DNA of 64,000 nucleotides from Azolla caroliniana (lineage: Eukaryota; Plantae; Polypodiophyta): the NCBI GenBank assembly GCA_043228905.1, contig JBHGNT010000013.1, forward strand, positions 18,848,001 through 18,912,000, written 5' to 3'. The position numbers were made by a program, and so were the translations under genes. This document shows, in pieces, positions 24,170 through 36,500 of this stretch (position 1 is the first letter of the stretch; each line of letters begins with the position of its first letter). The notes beneath the pieces were generated by a model. It was not told where the DNA came from. It ran no database searches and was given only the letters and a program-made list of their open reading frames with translations.

Positions 24170-24995
24170 ACTAGCTAACTATCCTAGTAGCTAATTAGCT
24201 ATTCTAGTAGCTAGTTAGCTATTCTAGTAGCTAATTAGCTATCATGGTAGCTAATTAGTTTTCCTAGTAGCTAATTAGCTATCATGGTAGTTAATTAGCT
24301 GTCGTAGTAGCTAATTAGCTATCATGGTAGCTAATTAGCTGTCGTAGTAGCTAATTAGCTATCATGGTAGCTAATTAGCTGTCCTAGTAGCTAATTGGTT
24401 GTCCTAGTAGCTAATTAGCTATCATGGTAGCTAATTAGCTGTCGTAGTAGCTAATTAGCTATCATGGTAGCTAATTAGCTATTCTAGTAGCTAATTAGCT
24501 ATCATGGTAGCTAATTAGCTGTCGTAGTAGCTAATTAGCTATCATGGTAGCTAATTAGCTGTCCTAGTAGCTAATTGGTTTTCCTAGTAGCTAATTAGCT
24601 ATCATGGTAGCTAATTAGCTGTCGTAGTAGCTAATTAGCTATCATGGTAGCTAATTAGCTATTCTAGTAGCTAATTAGCTATCATGGTAGCTAATTAGCT
24701 GTCGTAGTAGCTAATTAGCTATCATGGTGGCTAATTAGCTTGTCTACTAGCTAATTAGCTATCATGGTGGCTAATTAGCTTTCCTAGTAACTAATTAGCT
24801 ATCATGGTAGCTAATTAGCTGGTCTAGTAGCTAATTAGCTATCGTGGTAGCTAATTAGCTAGTCTAGTAGCTAATTAGCTATAATGGTGGCTTAGCTGGT
24901 ATAGTAGCTAATTAGCTATCATGGTAGCTAATTAGCTGGTATAGTAGCTAATTAGCTATCATGGTAGCTAATTAGCCACCGTGATAGCTAATTAA
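24170..24995. repeat. Intronic TAGCTAATTAGCTA array (transposase intron, copy B), highly regular 20/40-bp period
   Basis: Alternating ATCATGGTAGCTAATTAGCT and GTCGTAGTAGCTAATTAGCT units. Confidence 0.97.
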
Positions 24996-26134
24996 CTTTC
25001 CGAGTAGAGTCAAAACAAATGTTGAGATAAATGTAAATACCTAAGGTACATCAAGAAGATGAATGGGATGCTCCTCGTATTGATTTCTTCCAACACGTTT
25101 CCTGCATAAATCCTTTTTATTGGGTGAAACCCTACTCTCATTAGTCCAAAACATTGTGATTACATCCTTGATTTCAAATGTTATGGGTGTCATTGGCTTA
25201 CATCTTGTAGTTAGCTTTAGTAGACTAGTTCCTTCACCCGAGGAAATTATACGGTTCATTGTATTGTACACTGTTTTTCTACTAACACCAATTACCTTAG
25301 ATAGCTCACTGATGTTTATATCGTCAACATCACTATTAAGTAACATCATTAGACTAGACCTTTTTAAGACAAGATCATCTTCTGACCTGCTCATGGATAC
25401 GAAACTATTACGAAGATTATTTACTAAAATAGATGATATGTTTGCATTAAGACCATCACAATCAACTAAGTCCTTTATCGATGGATCATTACATATTCCA
25501 TAAAGTACTACCTTCTTTTCTTCATTGCTGATGTGCTTGGTTTGAACATTGAAATAGTCTACAACCTTTCTCTCTATGATGGTAGTCGCATTACTTACAT
25601 TCTCATCTAAACTATCCTTACCTTTACTGAGTGTGGCTTTCGTATCCTTCAACAATTGACGATGTTTCCTTTTTTTTTCTGCCCAATAGTTTCGTATGGC
25701 TTGTTGTATCCTGATAACATCATCCCTATCGTTATGATCATTGAGGGGTAATTCTAAACACCCTTCTTCCCCTTCCATTTGGCTAGACATGTTAAAACCC
25801 TAAATTTCCAGAAAAAAAAACAAGTATTAAAGATGGCTATGGGCAACAACAATACACAAAAATATTCCACACAATACACAAGATTAGACACAACAATACA
25901 CAAGATAATCAATAGACAAAAAAGTTATTGCAATCCAAGACCGAACAGTAGAGGATTTCACTCTGTTGGATCCAACAGTTGAGGAGGCGATCCAAGACCG
26001 ACCAATGGCAACAACTGAGTGTAGAATGTTGCCGTTGGATGAGTGAACTCCGTCAAATCGAAATGTGGAAGCAATCCGGGACTGGACAGTAGTGGCAACT
26101 GAGTATAGAATGATGGCAATGGAGGAGAGAATCC

Positions 26135-26945
26135 CGTCAGATTGAACAGTTACCGATGATGCTTGAAACGCACATAGAAGGCACTTGAGAATAGAGTGGC
26201 ATAGAGAAGAGAACCCCGTCAGATTGAACAGTTACCAATGATGCTTGAAACGCACAGTAGCGGCCCCTGAGTGAGAGTGGAAAAGAGAAGAGAACCCCGT
26301 CAGATTGAACAGTTACCAATGATGCTTGAAACGCACAGTAGCGGCCCCTGAGTGAGAGTGGAAAAGAGAAGAGAACCCCGTCAGATTGAACAGTTACCAA
26401 TGATGCTTGAAACGCACAGTAGCGGCCCCTGAGTGAGAGTGGAAAAGAGAAGAGAACCCCGTCAGATTGAATAGCTCTTCGATTATGCTTGGAACGCACA
26501 GTAGCAACCCCTGAGTGTAGAGTGGCAAAGAGAAGAGAACCCCGTCAGATTGAACAACTCTTTGATGATGCTTGGAACGCACAGCAGCGGCCCCTGAGTG
26601 TAGAGTGGCACAGAGAAGAGAACCCCCTCAGATTGAACAGCTCTTTGATGATGCTTGGAACGCACAGTAATGGCCCCTGAGTGTAGAGTGGCACAGAGAA
26701 GAGAACCCCCTCAGATTGAACAGCTCTTTGATGATGCTTGGAACGCACAGTAATGGCCCCTGAGTGTAGAGTGGCACAGAGAAGAGAACCCCGTCAGATT
26801 GAACAGCTCTTTGATGATGCTTGGAATGCACAATAGTGGCCCCTGAGTGTAGAGTGTCACAGAGAAGAGAACCCCGTCAGATTGAGCAGCTCTTTGATGA
26901 TGCTTGGAACGCACAGTAGCAGCCCCTCAGTGTAGAGTGGCGGCA
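26135..26945 (-). repeat. Tandem array of ~9-10 units of 81-83 bp upstream of the transposase (copy B)
   Basis: TCAGATTGA recurs every 81 bp up to ~26460 and every 83 bp after that; repeated shadow ORFs are offset by 83 bp. Confidence 0.95.
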
Positions 26946-27294
26946 GGTGGACTCGATAGGGTTTAGCAACAATGGTAGCAACTAACCCACAGTACTCAAC
27001 TAGAGATGGCCTACGTGATGTGGTAAAGGATCATGCATAATGGACCTAGGAATTCGATATATAATTTATGGTACACATTTATGGTGCACACATCAATTTA
27101 TGTTGCACATTTATGGCACTCATTTACATATGTAATTAAAACACTCTAGTATTTTCAATGGTAGTTTTTTGCATACTTAATTTATTAATGATGGCTTTTT
27201 ACTAAAATGACTATTTATCAATGGTAGCTTTTTGCATAGCTAATTAGCTATGTCAAGGACATAGCTAATTGTTTCCACTCGCATGCTTTCACCC

Positions 27295-27833
27295 AGGGAC
27301 ACGGCCCGTCAACGCAGAAAACACGAATGGACACAGAGACAGAGAGACACGAAAGTTTGTATATTAACGAATAACAAATACACAACAGAGCGCGCGAGCG
27401 GTTACAACCGAACAGGCCGGCGAACAGATGCCAATGCCTGTTCGTCTGCGCACGAAAGGGGGTAGGATGGAGGTGTTGCCGGAAGCACACACGCGTTCCT
27501 CGAAGTAGCGCGAGCCTCCCAAAAACCTGCAGAGAAGAGCAATAGAGAACAAATAGAGGAGAAGCGTTCGGTTACGGTCCGACAGCACTTCGTCCTCCTC
27601 AATGCGCGATCCCTTTCTCCCCGCGCCTCCCTCTCTTTTATAGCTTCAAGAAGGGAGCTGTCTCCCTCATTTACTTCCCACCTACCGAATCTAACTCCCA
27701 GGATATACCTATGTACCTAATTCTCTATTATATACATTAAGGGGGGCGCACGCGTGAAGAGCCGGTTCACGCGCGATATGCACCAATTGCTCTAAGGGAC
27801 GGTTTTCTTCACGATAACGGGTCACTGGTAACA
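27295..27833 (-). mobile_element. Probable LTR fragment of the outer Gypsy, target of copy B
   Basis: Shares CAGCACTTCGTCCTC, CTCCCTCTCTTTTATAGC and AGGGACGGTTTTCT blocks with the LTR at 29086-29753. Boundaries uncertain. Confidence 0.45.
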
Positions 27834-28119
27834 CCCATTGCTTCTGTGTTTTTAGTGGGGGTGGTGCCGAGGTGGGAGTAGGATTCCGAACGGCCGAGGG
27901 AGGTGGAGAGGGCAAGGGGTCTTCCCATTCTTCCTGGGTTAACGCCAAAATCTACTCCCGTTGTTTCCATGGTGGTGGTGGAGAGGTAAGGATGCGACGA
28001 GGGGAAAATGAAGGGGGTGGGTAGAGGACTGTCAGGTAATGATTCATCACAGGTAGCAATCTCTTACCGGATTGAAAAGACTCCAGCGCTGCCCGGACTG
28101 CTTCGTCGGTGATGATTCC

Positions 28120-28827
28120 CTAATCGATTTTGTCGCCTTCGTACGCTCTGATGATGATGGTAGCCTTATTCTGTGGCATAATCGTGGGATTTGTATGCAC
28201 AAAGGCGTATTCCATCAAAATTTGGGCGATTTCCCCGAAAGACTTGTTTGGTCCTCCGTAAGTGCGATAAGCTTTTCCCGACATCGAATACATCCCAAAG
28301 TATTCCTTGAGGGTCATGTGAGGAGGAATCTCGACCTCATGTTCTCCGCCTCGTGTAAGGTCCAGAGCAGCACGAATCATGTTGTTGGTTACTGTGTCAT
28401 GGTGGATTCTGCGTGCTATTGCTTGGGCGTCAGGGTGCGTTGGGGCATCGATGACCCGTAAGTAGCTGCCCAATCCTCGTTGTTGTAGCCAAGAACGGGT
28501 TTCCTGCGATGCTAAGAGAGGCATGGTGGACTCGAAGGTTTGCTGACAAGGAGAGTGGGGGGAAGCGATGAGACAAGGGCGAGACCGAGAGATGGAAGAA
28601 GATTGTTGAGTAGGAAACCATTGTTCTGTGCAAGGGCTACGAGGGCAAGAGAAGGCCTGTTTGCGGGTGTGATGAGAACGAGAGAGAGCTTGGGAACTTG
28701 AAAGCTGTGAAGGCAAGAAAGCTTCTGTGTGAGTGGGCGCGTTGTGTGTGGGGTAGTTTCTTTTATGTGACCACCTAGGGTTTTGTGCAGGGAGAAGATC
28801 CTTTAGATTCTTAGTTGTGGCTGCCAT
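28120..28827 (-). pseudogene. Extra ORF of unknown function in the 3' region of the outer Gypsy; probably continues with frameshifts to ~27709
   Basis: 235-aa ORF with a globular-looking C-terminal half, on the same strand as and downstream of the integrase at 57846-58310 once the nested element is removed. Confidence 0.45.
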
Positions 28828-29827
28828 AATAAGGTATTATGGCCACGCGTCACAGGAGTGTTATGCTTGGTGTGCATGTTCCTTAAATATTCTACTTTAA
28901 GGTGAAGGTGACTAGTTGGTGCGCCTAAGAAAATGTCATGATTTGGGGTGATTTGTTAGGTAGTTTAGGTAAGGCTAATTTAAATGCTAAAACTATTCCT
29001 AATATATAATTTTGGTGGATAGGTCATTATCTTACCAATGGGGACACGTGGCCTCCTTCGTGGCGTCGTCCGTGAACTGGTCCGTTGTCGCGTTGCTACG
29101 CGTGTGCGTGGAGAACGAGGCGGGACCACGGGGGCCTCGGACCGAGGAATGGCCGAATGAGGGGAGGGGAAGGAAACTAACGATGTAATTCTCATGCGCT
29201 CAGACCCACAGAATCACAAGAATTGCAACTAACTACAAACGCAAGATGGAGACAAAACGAATGCTTATGTATATATAAATCAAGGTGTTACAACCGGCAA
29301 GCCAGCGAGTGATAGGCTCCGACGCCCGCACACACACACAATGCGAGATGGAGACTCTGTCGATAGCACTCGGGCGTCCCGCGGAGCAGAGTTAGCCTCT
29401 CAAAACCTGCACAAAACGATTAAAGGGGACGACAAAGGAGAAGAGAAGGGCTCAGTTCCAGTCCAGCAGCACTTCGTCCTCTACTAAATGTGATATCTTT
29501 TACAATACCTCTCCCTCTCTTTTATAGCCCAAGGAGGGAGGCCGTTACCACCCGTTACATTATGTTTATTCCCTGTCCTTTCGGACAAGGATACGCCTCG
29601 ATTTTCTCCTAATGAATGCGTGCTACCTAGGATTTCACCTCACCCGACTTGTACCTATCTGCGTACTATACAACAAAACTTGTGCCCACGTGTAAGGGCT
29701 GGTTTCCGCACGTTATACCCGGTTTCCGCCTAGGGACGGTTTTCTCCACGACATCCGCCCCCACCTAACCATGCATTCACCTGTATGCGCCAAAATTAGA
29801 CTCTTGCCGGAGAAGACCGGCCCACGC

Positions 29828-32800
29828 TTATCCTCCGTCTTCCGCATCCGCATCCGTTCCGAGCCGGTCGTTGTCGCTATCCAGGTTGTCCGGGTCTGGT
29901 TCAGCCTCGTGCCGCTTTTTGAATGCTTTGATCCTTTTCCCCACCACTGGTACCGCCATCCTTGTCCCGTCGAGCTCCGCTAGATGGTAGGTCCCATTGT
30001 CGTTGGCGCTTATCACCACATAAGGCCCGAACCACCTCCTTGCAAACTTCTGCATTGCCCGATGCTGGTTGTCGAGGTTGCTGTCATACACTAGAACCCA
30101 GTTGCCTTCCTCGATCTTCCTCGGTCTCAGTCGGTGAGTCCGGTCGAACCGTCCTTTTTTCTTTACCCTTGCCACCCGTAGCTTCTCCGCAGCTCGGTCT
30201 TCGCTCCAGCTGCCGAATTCGTGTCGCCAACAGCTCCTCCCGGCTCATCTCGTCTTTCCAATCCACCGTGGCCCATGAGGAGATTGTCTGCTCCGTTCAC
30301 ATGATCGGCTTCTGCCCGTACATTAGCTCTGTCGGCATGAACCCGGTTACCAAATTGTGCGTAGTTCGGTCTGCCCACAACGCATAGGATAAGAGCCACG
30401 GCCAGTTCCCGACTTGGCCTCCACACGCCCATACTAACGCTTTGACGATTGTCTCGTGTCCGCATTCCACCTTCCCGTTAGCCTCCGGATTGTACGCTGT
30501 GGTGAGCGAGAGTTTAATCCCTAGCCGGTCAAACAACTCTTGCGCATCCAACACTCCACGGTCGGCCACGATCTTACCTACACACCCGTACTGGCAGACC
30601 ACTTCTTCGATCAGAAATCGGCACACGGCCGCGGTCATTTTGTTCTGCAACGCTCGGCCTTCCACCTAGTTCGTCAGGCCCTCCCGAGCCAACACCAGAT
30701 ACCGCATCTGCCCTACCCCCATCGACATCGTCACCAGATCCACCATCCACTTAAAGTGGGCGATCGGAGGATAGGTCGGGTGAAGCTCATCCCGATGTCA
30801 GACTATGGAGTGCACCTGACAGCTTTCGCAAGTCGTCACGAACCGATGCACGTCTCGATATAGTCTTGGCCACCAGTACATCCCCTTTAGCTTCTCAAAT
30901 GTGGCCCACGTCCCATGGTGTCTGACCCAGGGACTCTCGTGGTATGCTGTCAGCAATTCTTCCTGCTCTTCTTTCCTCGCCACCACTCGAAGCGGGATGT
31001 CGTTTCTCTTCTTCGGGTGCTTCCATATGCTCCCGTCTAGTAGCAAGAATCGGTATGCTTTCTTCCGAATCCAGTTGGTCTCTTCCTTTGTCCACGCTGC
31101 GTCCGGTGTCATTGTCTTCAGAAACCCGTTGATCTGGGGCCACTCCCTGTCGTACTTGCTCTCGTCGAATTCGTTAAGCGCCGGAGTGCTCCCCTTTCTT
31201 GTTGTTACATAAGCCGCCTCGAAGAAGTCCACGCCGACTTCCTCGTCCTCCGAAACCATGCCGTCCTCATCATCGAACCTCGCCCTCGAAAGCATGTCAG
31301 CCATGGCATTGTCCTTTCCCGAAATGTGTCGTATTTCCGGATTCATGGACTTGATGTACGCCATCCACCTGAGCATTGCCAGGTCCGGTGTCACGCATCC
31401 GGAAACCATGCTGAGAATCGGCAGGCAGTCTGTCTCGATTATCACCTCGGTCCCAATCAGGTAGTCTTTATCGACTTTGACCGCCGAAACGATACCCCAG
31501 AGTTCGCGTTTAACCTGGGTGTACCCTCATTGTCACTCACTGAGGACTTTCGCGCCGAACCGGATGGGGAACCTCACACCATCGTCATCCTCTTGGTTGA
31601 TCACCCACCCAATCCCAGTCGAACTCATGTCCACGGTCACGTAAATCGGGACTTCCTTGTCGTAAACCGCTTTCCGGAGAGCCGGTGCCGCAGCGAGCGC
31701 CTCCTTCAATCTCCGGACCGACTCTGTGTGCTCCTTCCTCCATTCGAACCGGCGCCCTTTCTTCAATAACCCGTAGAGCAGTTCCGTGACATGCGCGTAG
31801 TGCGGAATCCAGATGTGATAGAAGGCACACGCCCACAAGATCCTTCGAACCTCTATAACCGACCCGCAGTCATCCTTCATCGCGGAGATGGTTTCAACCT
31901 TCGCCGGGGACGGCTTCCACCCGTAAGGCCCGCACAGGTGTCCGACCACCAGGATCTCTGGCTGTCCGAAGGCTGATTTTTCCCCGGAGAAGGTGAGTCG
32001 CGCTCTCTCAAGTCTATGTAGCACCTTCTTGTAGTCGCGGATGTGATCCGTCACGAACCTCCAGCAACCGTCGGGCCCGACCGACTCGTCCTTGTCCTCC
32101 ACCGGACATCCTTTGATCGGGATGTCGTCCAAGAATGGCATGGTGATGTCCGGGATGCAGTCCCTCAACACCTTGTTCATCGCATTCACCATGTGCCCCA
32201 CCGAGTTCGTTCCTCCTTGCAGCAGGGTACACATCCGAACTAGGTCGAGAGGAGTCCGCATCATCGTGACATCCCTGCTCTCAACGGCTAATTGGAACTG
32301 ATCGTACCCTGAGTACAGATCCCCAACCGAGTAGATCGATCTCCCTGCGAAGGCCTCCGCAAACTCATCAATAGTCGGTCTGATACCTGCGTTTCGAATG
32401 GTCAACTTGTTGACCGGTTGTAGGTCCTGTATGAAGCGCAGTGTGTCGTTCTTCTTCGCCACGGTAAACCACCGATTCGAATATGGGGCAGTCAACGGTT
32501 CGAGGATGCCCATCTCCACCTTTTGTTTCAGCAGCTCCATCAGCTTCAGGATGTGAGCTCTGGGTACCGGAATCGGTTTGAGATTCCACGGCACATGCGG
32601 TACCGTGAAGATCACCATTGGTTCCACAACCTTTGGGTCTACGCACCCGATCTCCTCCGGTGAGAATGCAAATCCCTTCCCGTGCCTCCCGAGCATTCCC
32701 CAAAACTGGTCTTCTTCCGCCCCCACCGATCTTGAGCTCCCGTAGCGTTATGTCGGTGAACGTGTATCCTATGCTGGTTGGATTTCGTAAACTTGGGTCC

Positions 32801-32952
32801 GACGCGACCCCCTTTTTCCGTAACTCGCTGCCCTTCGGCAAGGGTGTCGCGACTGGCCTCACCTTCCGGTCCACAGTCTTGTACTTCACATCCACTCGAG
32901 CCGTCCGATTCGGCTTGAGTCCATTACCGAAGTCGGCAATGACTTCGTATAT
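29828..32952 (-). pseudogene. Gypsy pol: RT, RNase H, integrase (disrupted)
   Basis: ORFs 31533-32726, 30798-31445, 30297-30665 and 29828-30175. Confidence 0.92.
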
Positions 32953-33544
32953 GGGTGAAAGCATGCGAGTGGAAACAATTAGCTATGTCCTTGACATAGC
33001 TAATTAGCTATGCAAAAAGCTACCATTGATAAATAGTCATTTTAGTAAAAAGCCATCATTAATAAATTAAGTATGCAAAAAACTACCATTGAAAATACTA
33101 GACTGTTTTAATTACATATGTAAATGAGTGCCCTAAATGTGCAACATAAATTGATGTGTGCACCATAAATGTGTACCATAAATTATATATCGAATTCCTA
33201 GGTCCATTATGCATGATCCTTTGCCACATCACGTAGGCCATCTCTAGTTGAGTATTGTGGGTTAGTTGCTACCACTGTTGCTAAACCCTATCGAGTCCAC
33301 CTGCCGCCACTCTACACTGAGGGGCCGCTACTGTGCGTTCCAAGCACTCTGACACTCTACACTGAAGGGCCACTACTGTGCATTCCAAGCATCATCAAAG
33401 AGTTGTTCAATCTGACGGGGTTCTCTTCTCTGTGCCACTCTACACTCAGGGGCCGCTACTGTGCGTTCCAAGCATCATTGGTAACTGTTCAATCTGACGG
33501 GGTTCTCTTCTCTTTGCCACTCTACTCTCAGGTGCCCTTCTATG

Positions 33545-36500
33545 TGTTGGGATTTCGGTCCCTCCGGATGGGATGTCCGGAGATGAATGACGGCAAGCCC
33601 GGAGGCTGTTATGGAACCGGATGATGAAGAGTACCCGGCATGAAGCCGGATGAAGAGTACCCGGCTACGGATCCTGATGATGAAGACCCCAGCTACGGAG
33701 CCGGATGCTGAAGACCCCGGCTACGGAGCCGGATGACGAATGTACCCGGAGAGAGATCCGGATGCGGGGACATATTTGTGAATATGTTTGCCAAGGGCCC
33801 TTGAGGCTATATTTGTAAATAGCCCGAAAGTCATATGTGTATAAATATGACTTAGGGCAAACAGTTTAGTTGTTGTTGCTCATTTTTCTGTTTTCACTTA
33901 GAGTGAGCGAAGTGAGAGCAGCCGAGAGAGAGTGAGAGAGAGAGAGAGACGAAGAGGTCGTTGCCTCTGTGTATTACCGCCGCCTGTGGCGAAGACAGTG
34001 AGCTCAAGGTTGTTGCCTTGTAGCTTCACCATTGTACATCTCTGTTTATAGTGATAGTTGGAGTTTGAGGACTCCCGTGGTTTTTCCCATTTAGGGTTTT
34101 CCATGTAAAACATCCTGTGTACTCCTCTCTCTATTGTCCTCGTGCACTTTGTATTTCCTGTTTTCTGTGAGTTGATCCTATTCCTCGGGTGTGGCCGAGC
34201 ACTGTGTTCAACAAAGTGGTATCAGAGCGACGGTAACACAGAAAATGGAAGGCGGCGGTAGTGGGCCTCCGGGCATGATGGTGTTGAACTCACAGAACTA
34301 CGCCGACTGGAAGATAAAGATGGAAGACCTTCTCATCGTCCGAGACCTGTACGAACCGATCGACAATGCCGAGATACCCAAGGGAGTAATAGAGTCGGAG
34401 TGGAAGCTCCTGAACCGGAAAGCCGTAGCGACGATCCGGCAATATGTCGATGTAAGTGTCCTGCAACATGTGGCGAACGATACGAACGCCTATGAGATGT
34501 GGCAGAAGCTGTCCGGACTGTATGAGAGGAAGAATGCTCTGACCCGGACCTCCCTGATGAGGAAGATAGTGAATCTTAAGTACCGAGACGGCGAGAGCAT
34601 GGTCGAACACGTCAGCACGTTCATGGGATTCGTGAACCAGCTTGCGGCGATCAAGTTCCCGTTGGATGACGCAATGCAAGCCATCATGCTGATGTGTACC
34701 CTTCCGGAGAGCTGGGAGAACTTGGTAGTTACACTCAGCACCTCCTGTAAGGAAGAGAACTTGTCTTTACTAACGGTAAAGACAAGTATTCTAAATGAAG
34801 AAGCGCGTCGGAGAGATAAAGAACCGGCCTCCGACTCGAAGGCGCTGCTTACCGAATCGGAATGGGGAAGACAACGGAACCGGAGTCCGCAAAGACGAGA
34901 GAAGTCGGGGACACGGTCGCAGTCGAGGGGAAGACCTACATGCTTCTACTGTGGGAAGCCGGGGCACTTCCAGAAGAACTGTCGGCATTTCCGGAAAGAC
35001 AACGGAACCGACGGTACCGATTCGAAGAAGTCACCAGAGCGAAACGGTGCATACCGGGGAGCCGCGGACCGGAGAGGTCCGGATCGGCGAGGGCAGGACC
35101 GGAAAGGAATGACGGCACTCGCGGCAAGTGAAGAAGAGATAATGCTCATTACCGAAGAGACGGAGCTGAACCTTGCCGGTGAAGAGATGACCTGGGTGGT
35201 CGATTCCGGAGCGTCGTTCCACCTGACCCCGGAGAAGAAATACTTCTCATCCTACACAGCCGGTGAGCACGGCTGTGTCCGGATGGGAAATGAAGGTACA
35301 TGCCGGATTGCCGGCATAGGAGACGTGTGGCTGATGACATCAACCGGATGCAAGATGCTGCTGAAGGATGTTCGACACGTTCCGGAGGTTCGATTGAACC
35401 TGATTTCGGCCGGGAGGCTAGACGATGAAGGCTACACGGGTAGCATCCGGAATGGTGTCATGAAGTTCAGCAAAGGGAGCCTGATAGTGGCTCGGGCCCG
35501 GAAGGTCAACACACTGTACCTGATGAATTCCCGGCTATGTCCGGAGGAGCTGAACGTGGCAGCTGACACTACCGGTGAGCTGTGGCACAAGAGACTGTGC
35601 CACATGAGCGAGAAGGGGATGAAGAGGCTTGCCGAAGACAACCTAATACCAGTAAAGCACGTACAACTGGGGAAGTGTACCGACTGTCTGGCCGGTAAGC
35701 AAAACCGGACCTCCTTCCGCTCAAGACCACCGACGAGACGTAGCGCACCATTGGAGTTGGTGCACACTGACGTGTGTCAAGTAGAAACGAAGTCACATGG
35801 CGGAGCCCAGTACTTCGTGACATTCATTGATGACCACAGCCGGAAGCTGTGGACGGCACCGTTGAAGACAAAGGACCAAGTATTGTCCGTCTTCAAAGAA
35901 CTCCACGCGAGAGTGGAAAGAGAATCCGGCAAGAAGCTGAAAGCGATACGAGCGGATAACGGAGGGGAATACCGGGGGCAGTTCGAGGAGTACTGTCGCT
36001 CGAAGGGAATCCAGCTCGAGTTTACTGTGCCGAAGACGCCGGAACTGAACGGGCTGGCCGAGAGGATGAACCGGACCATAATGGAGAGGGTCCGGAGTAT
36101 GCTGGCGCATGCGAAATTACCCAAGGGGTTTTGGGCTGAGGCAATGTCGACTGCGACATACGTGATAAACAGATCACCCTCAATACCTTTGGACGGAGAC
36201 ACGCCGCAGAGAGTGTGGACCGGTAGGGAGGTATCCTACCGGCATCTGAAGGTGTTCGGGTGTCTCGCATATGTGCATGTGGCAAAGGACCGGAGAGGAA
36301 AGCTAGATCCAAAGACCCGGCCATGCATATTCCTCGGTTACGGCGATGACGAGTTCGGCTACCGAGTATGGGACCCGGTCGACGAAAAGATATTCCGGAG
36401 TCGTGATATCATCTTCATGGAGGACAAGACACTTGCCGACTGGGAGTCGGAGAAGAAGATGAAGAGCTCCAAGTCGACCGGTGAGGATCAACTCTACGAG

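Larger units (their letters stand above)
18882..25790 (-). pseudogene. Two-exon DDD transposase, copy B (exon 1 25790-~25041, exon 2 20722-18882)
   Basis: ORFs 25041-25790, 19766-20695 and 18882-19787. One 1-nt deletion near 19800; otherwise the best-preserved exon 2 (ends YNSMPWNL). Confidence 0.87.
15724..27294 (-). mobile_element. Sola2-like DNA transposon, copy B (inverted, independent insertion site; right part lost in the gap)
   Basis: Reverse-complement TIR TGTTTCCACTCGCATGCTTTCACCC at 27270-27294, followed by AGGG, a different flank from A/C. Same genes in mirror order. Confidence 0.88.

Noticed and set aside
26137-26914. Family of small repeated proteins (MRSKHHQRAVQS...)
   Set aside because: These are shadow ORFs of an 81/83-bp tandem repeat; 83 is not a multiple of 3.
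4592-27294. One giant composite transposon bounded by the perfectly inverted left ends of copies A and B
   Set aside because: The flanks (ATAT versus AGGG) do not form a TSD, the two halves meet only across an N gap, and copy A's flank is explained by duplication of copy C.
32953-32977. CACTA/EnSpm or hAT assignment for the DNA transposon
   Set aside because: The ends are GGG...CCC rather than CACT or CA/TA, and the TSD is 4 bp rather than 3 or 8.
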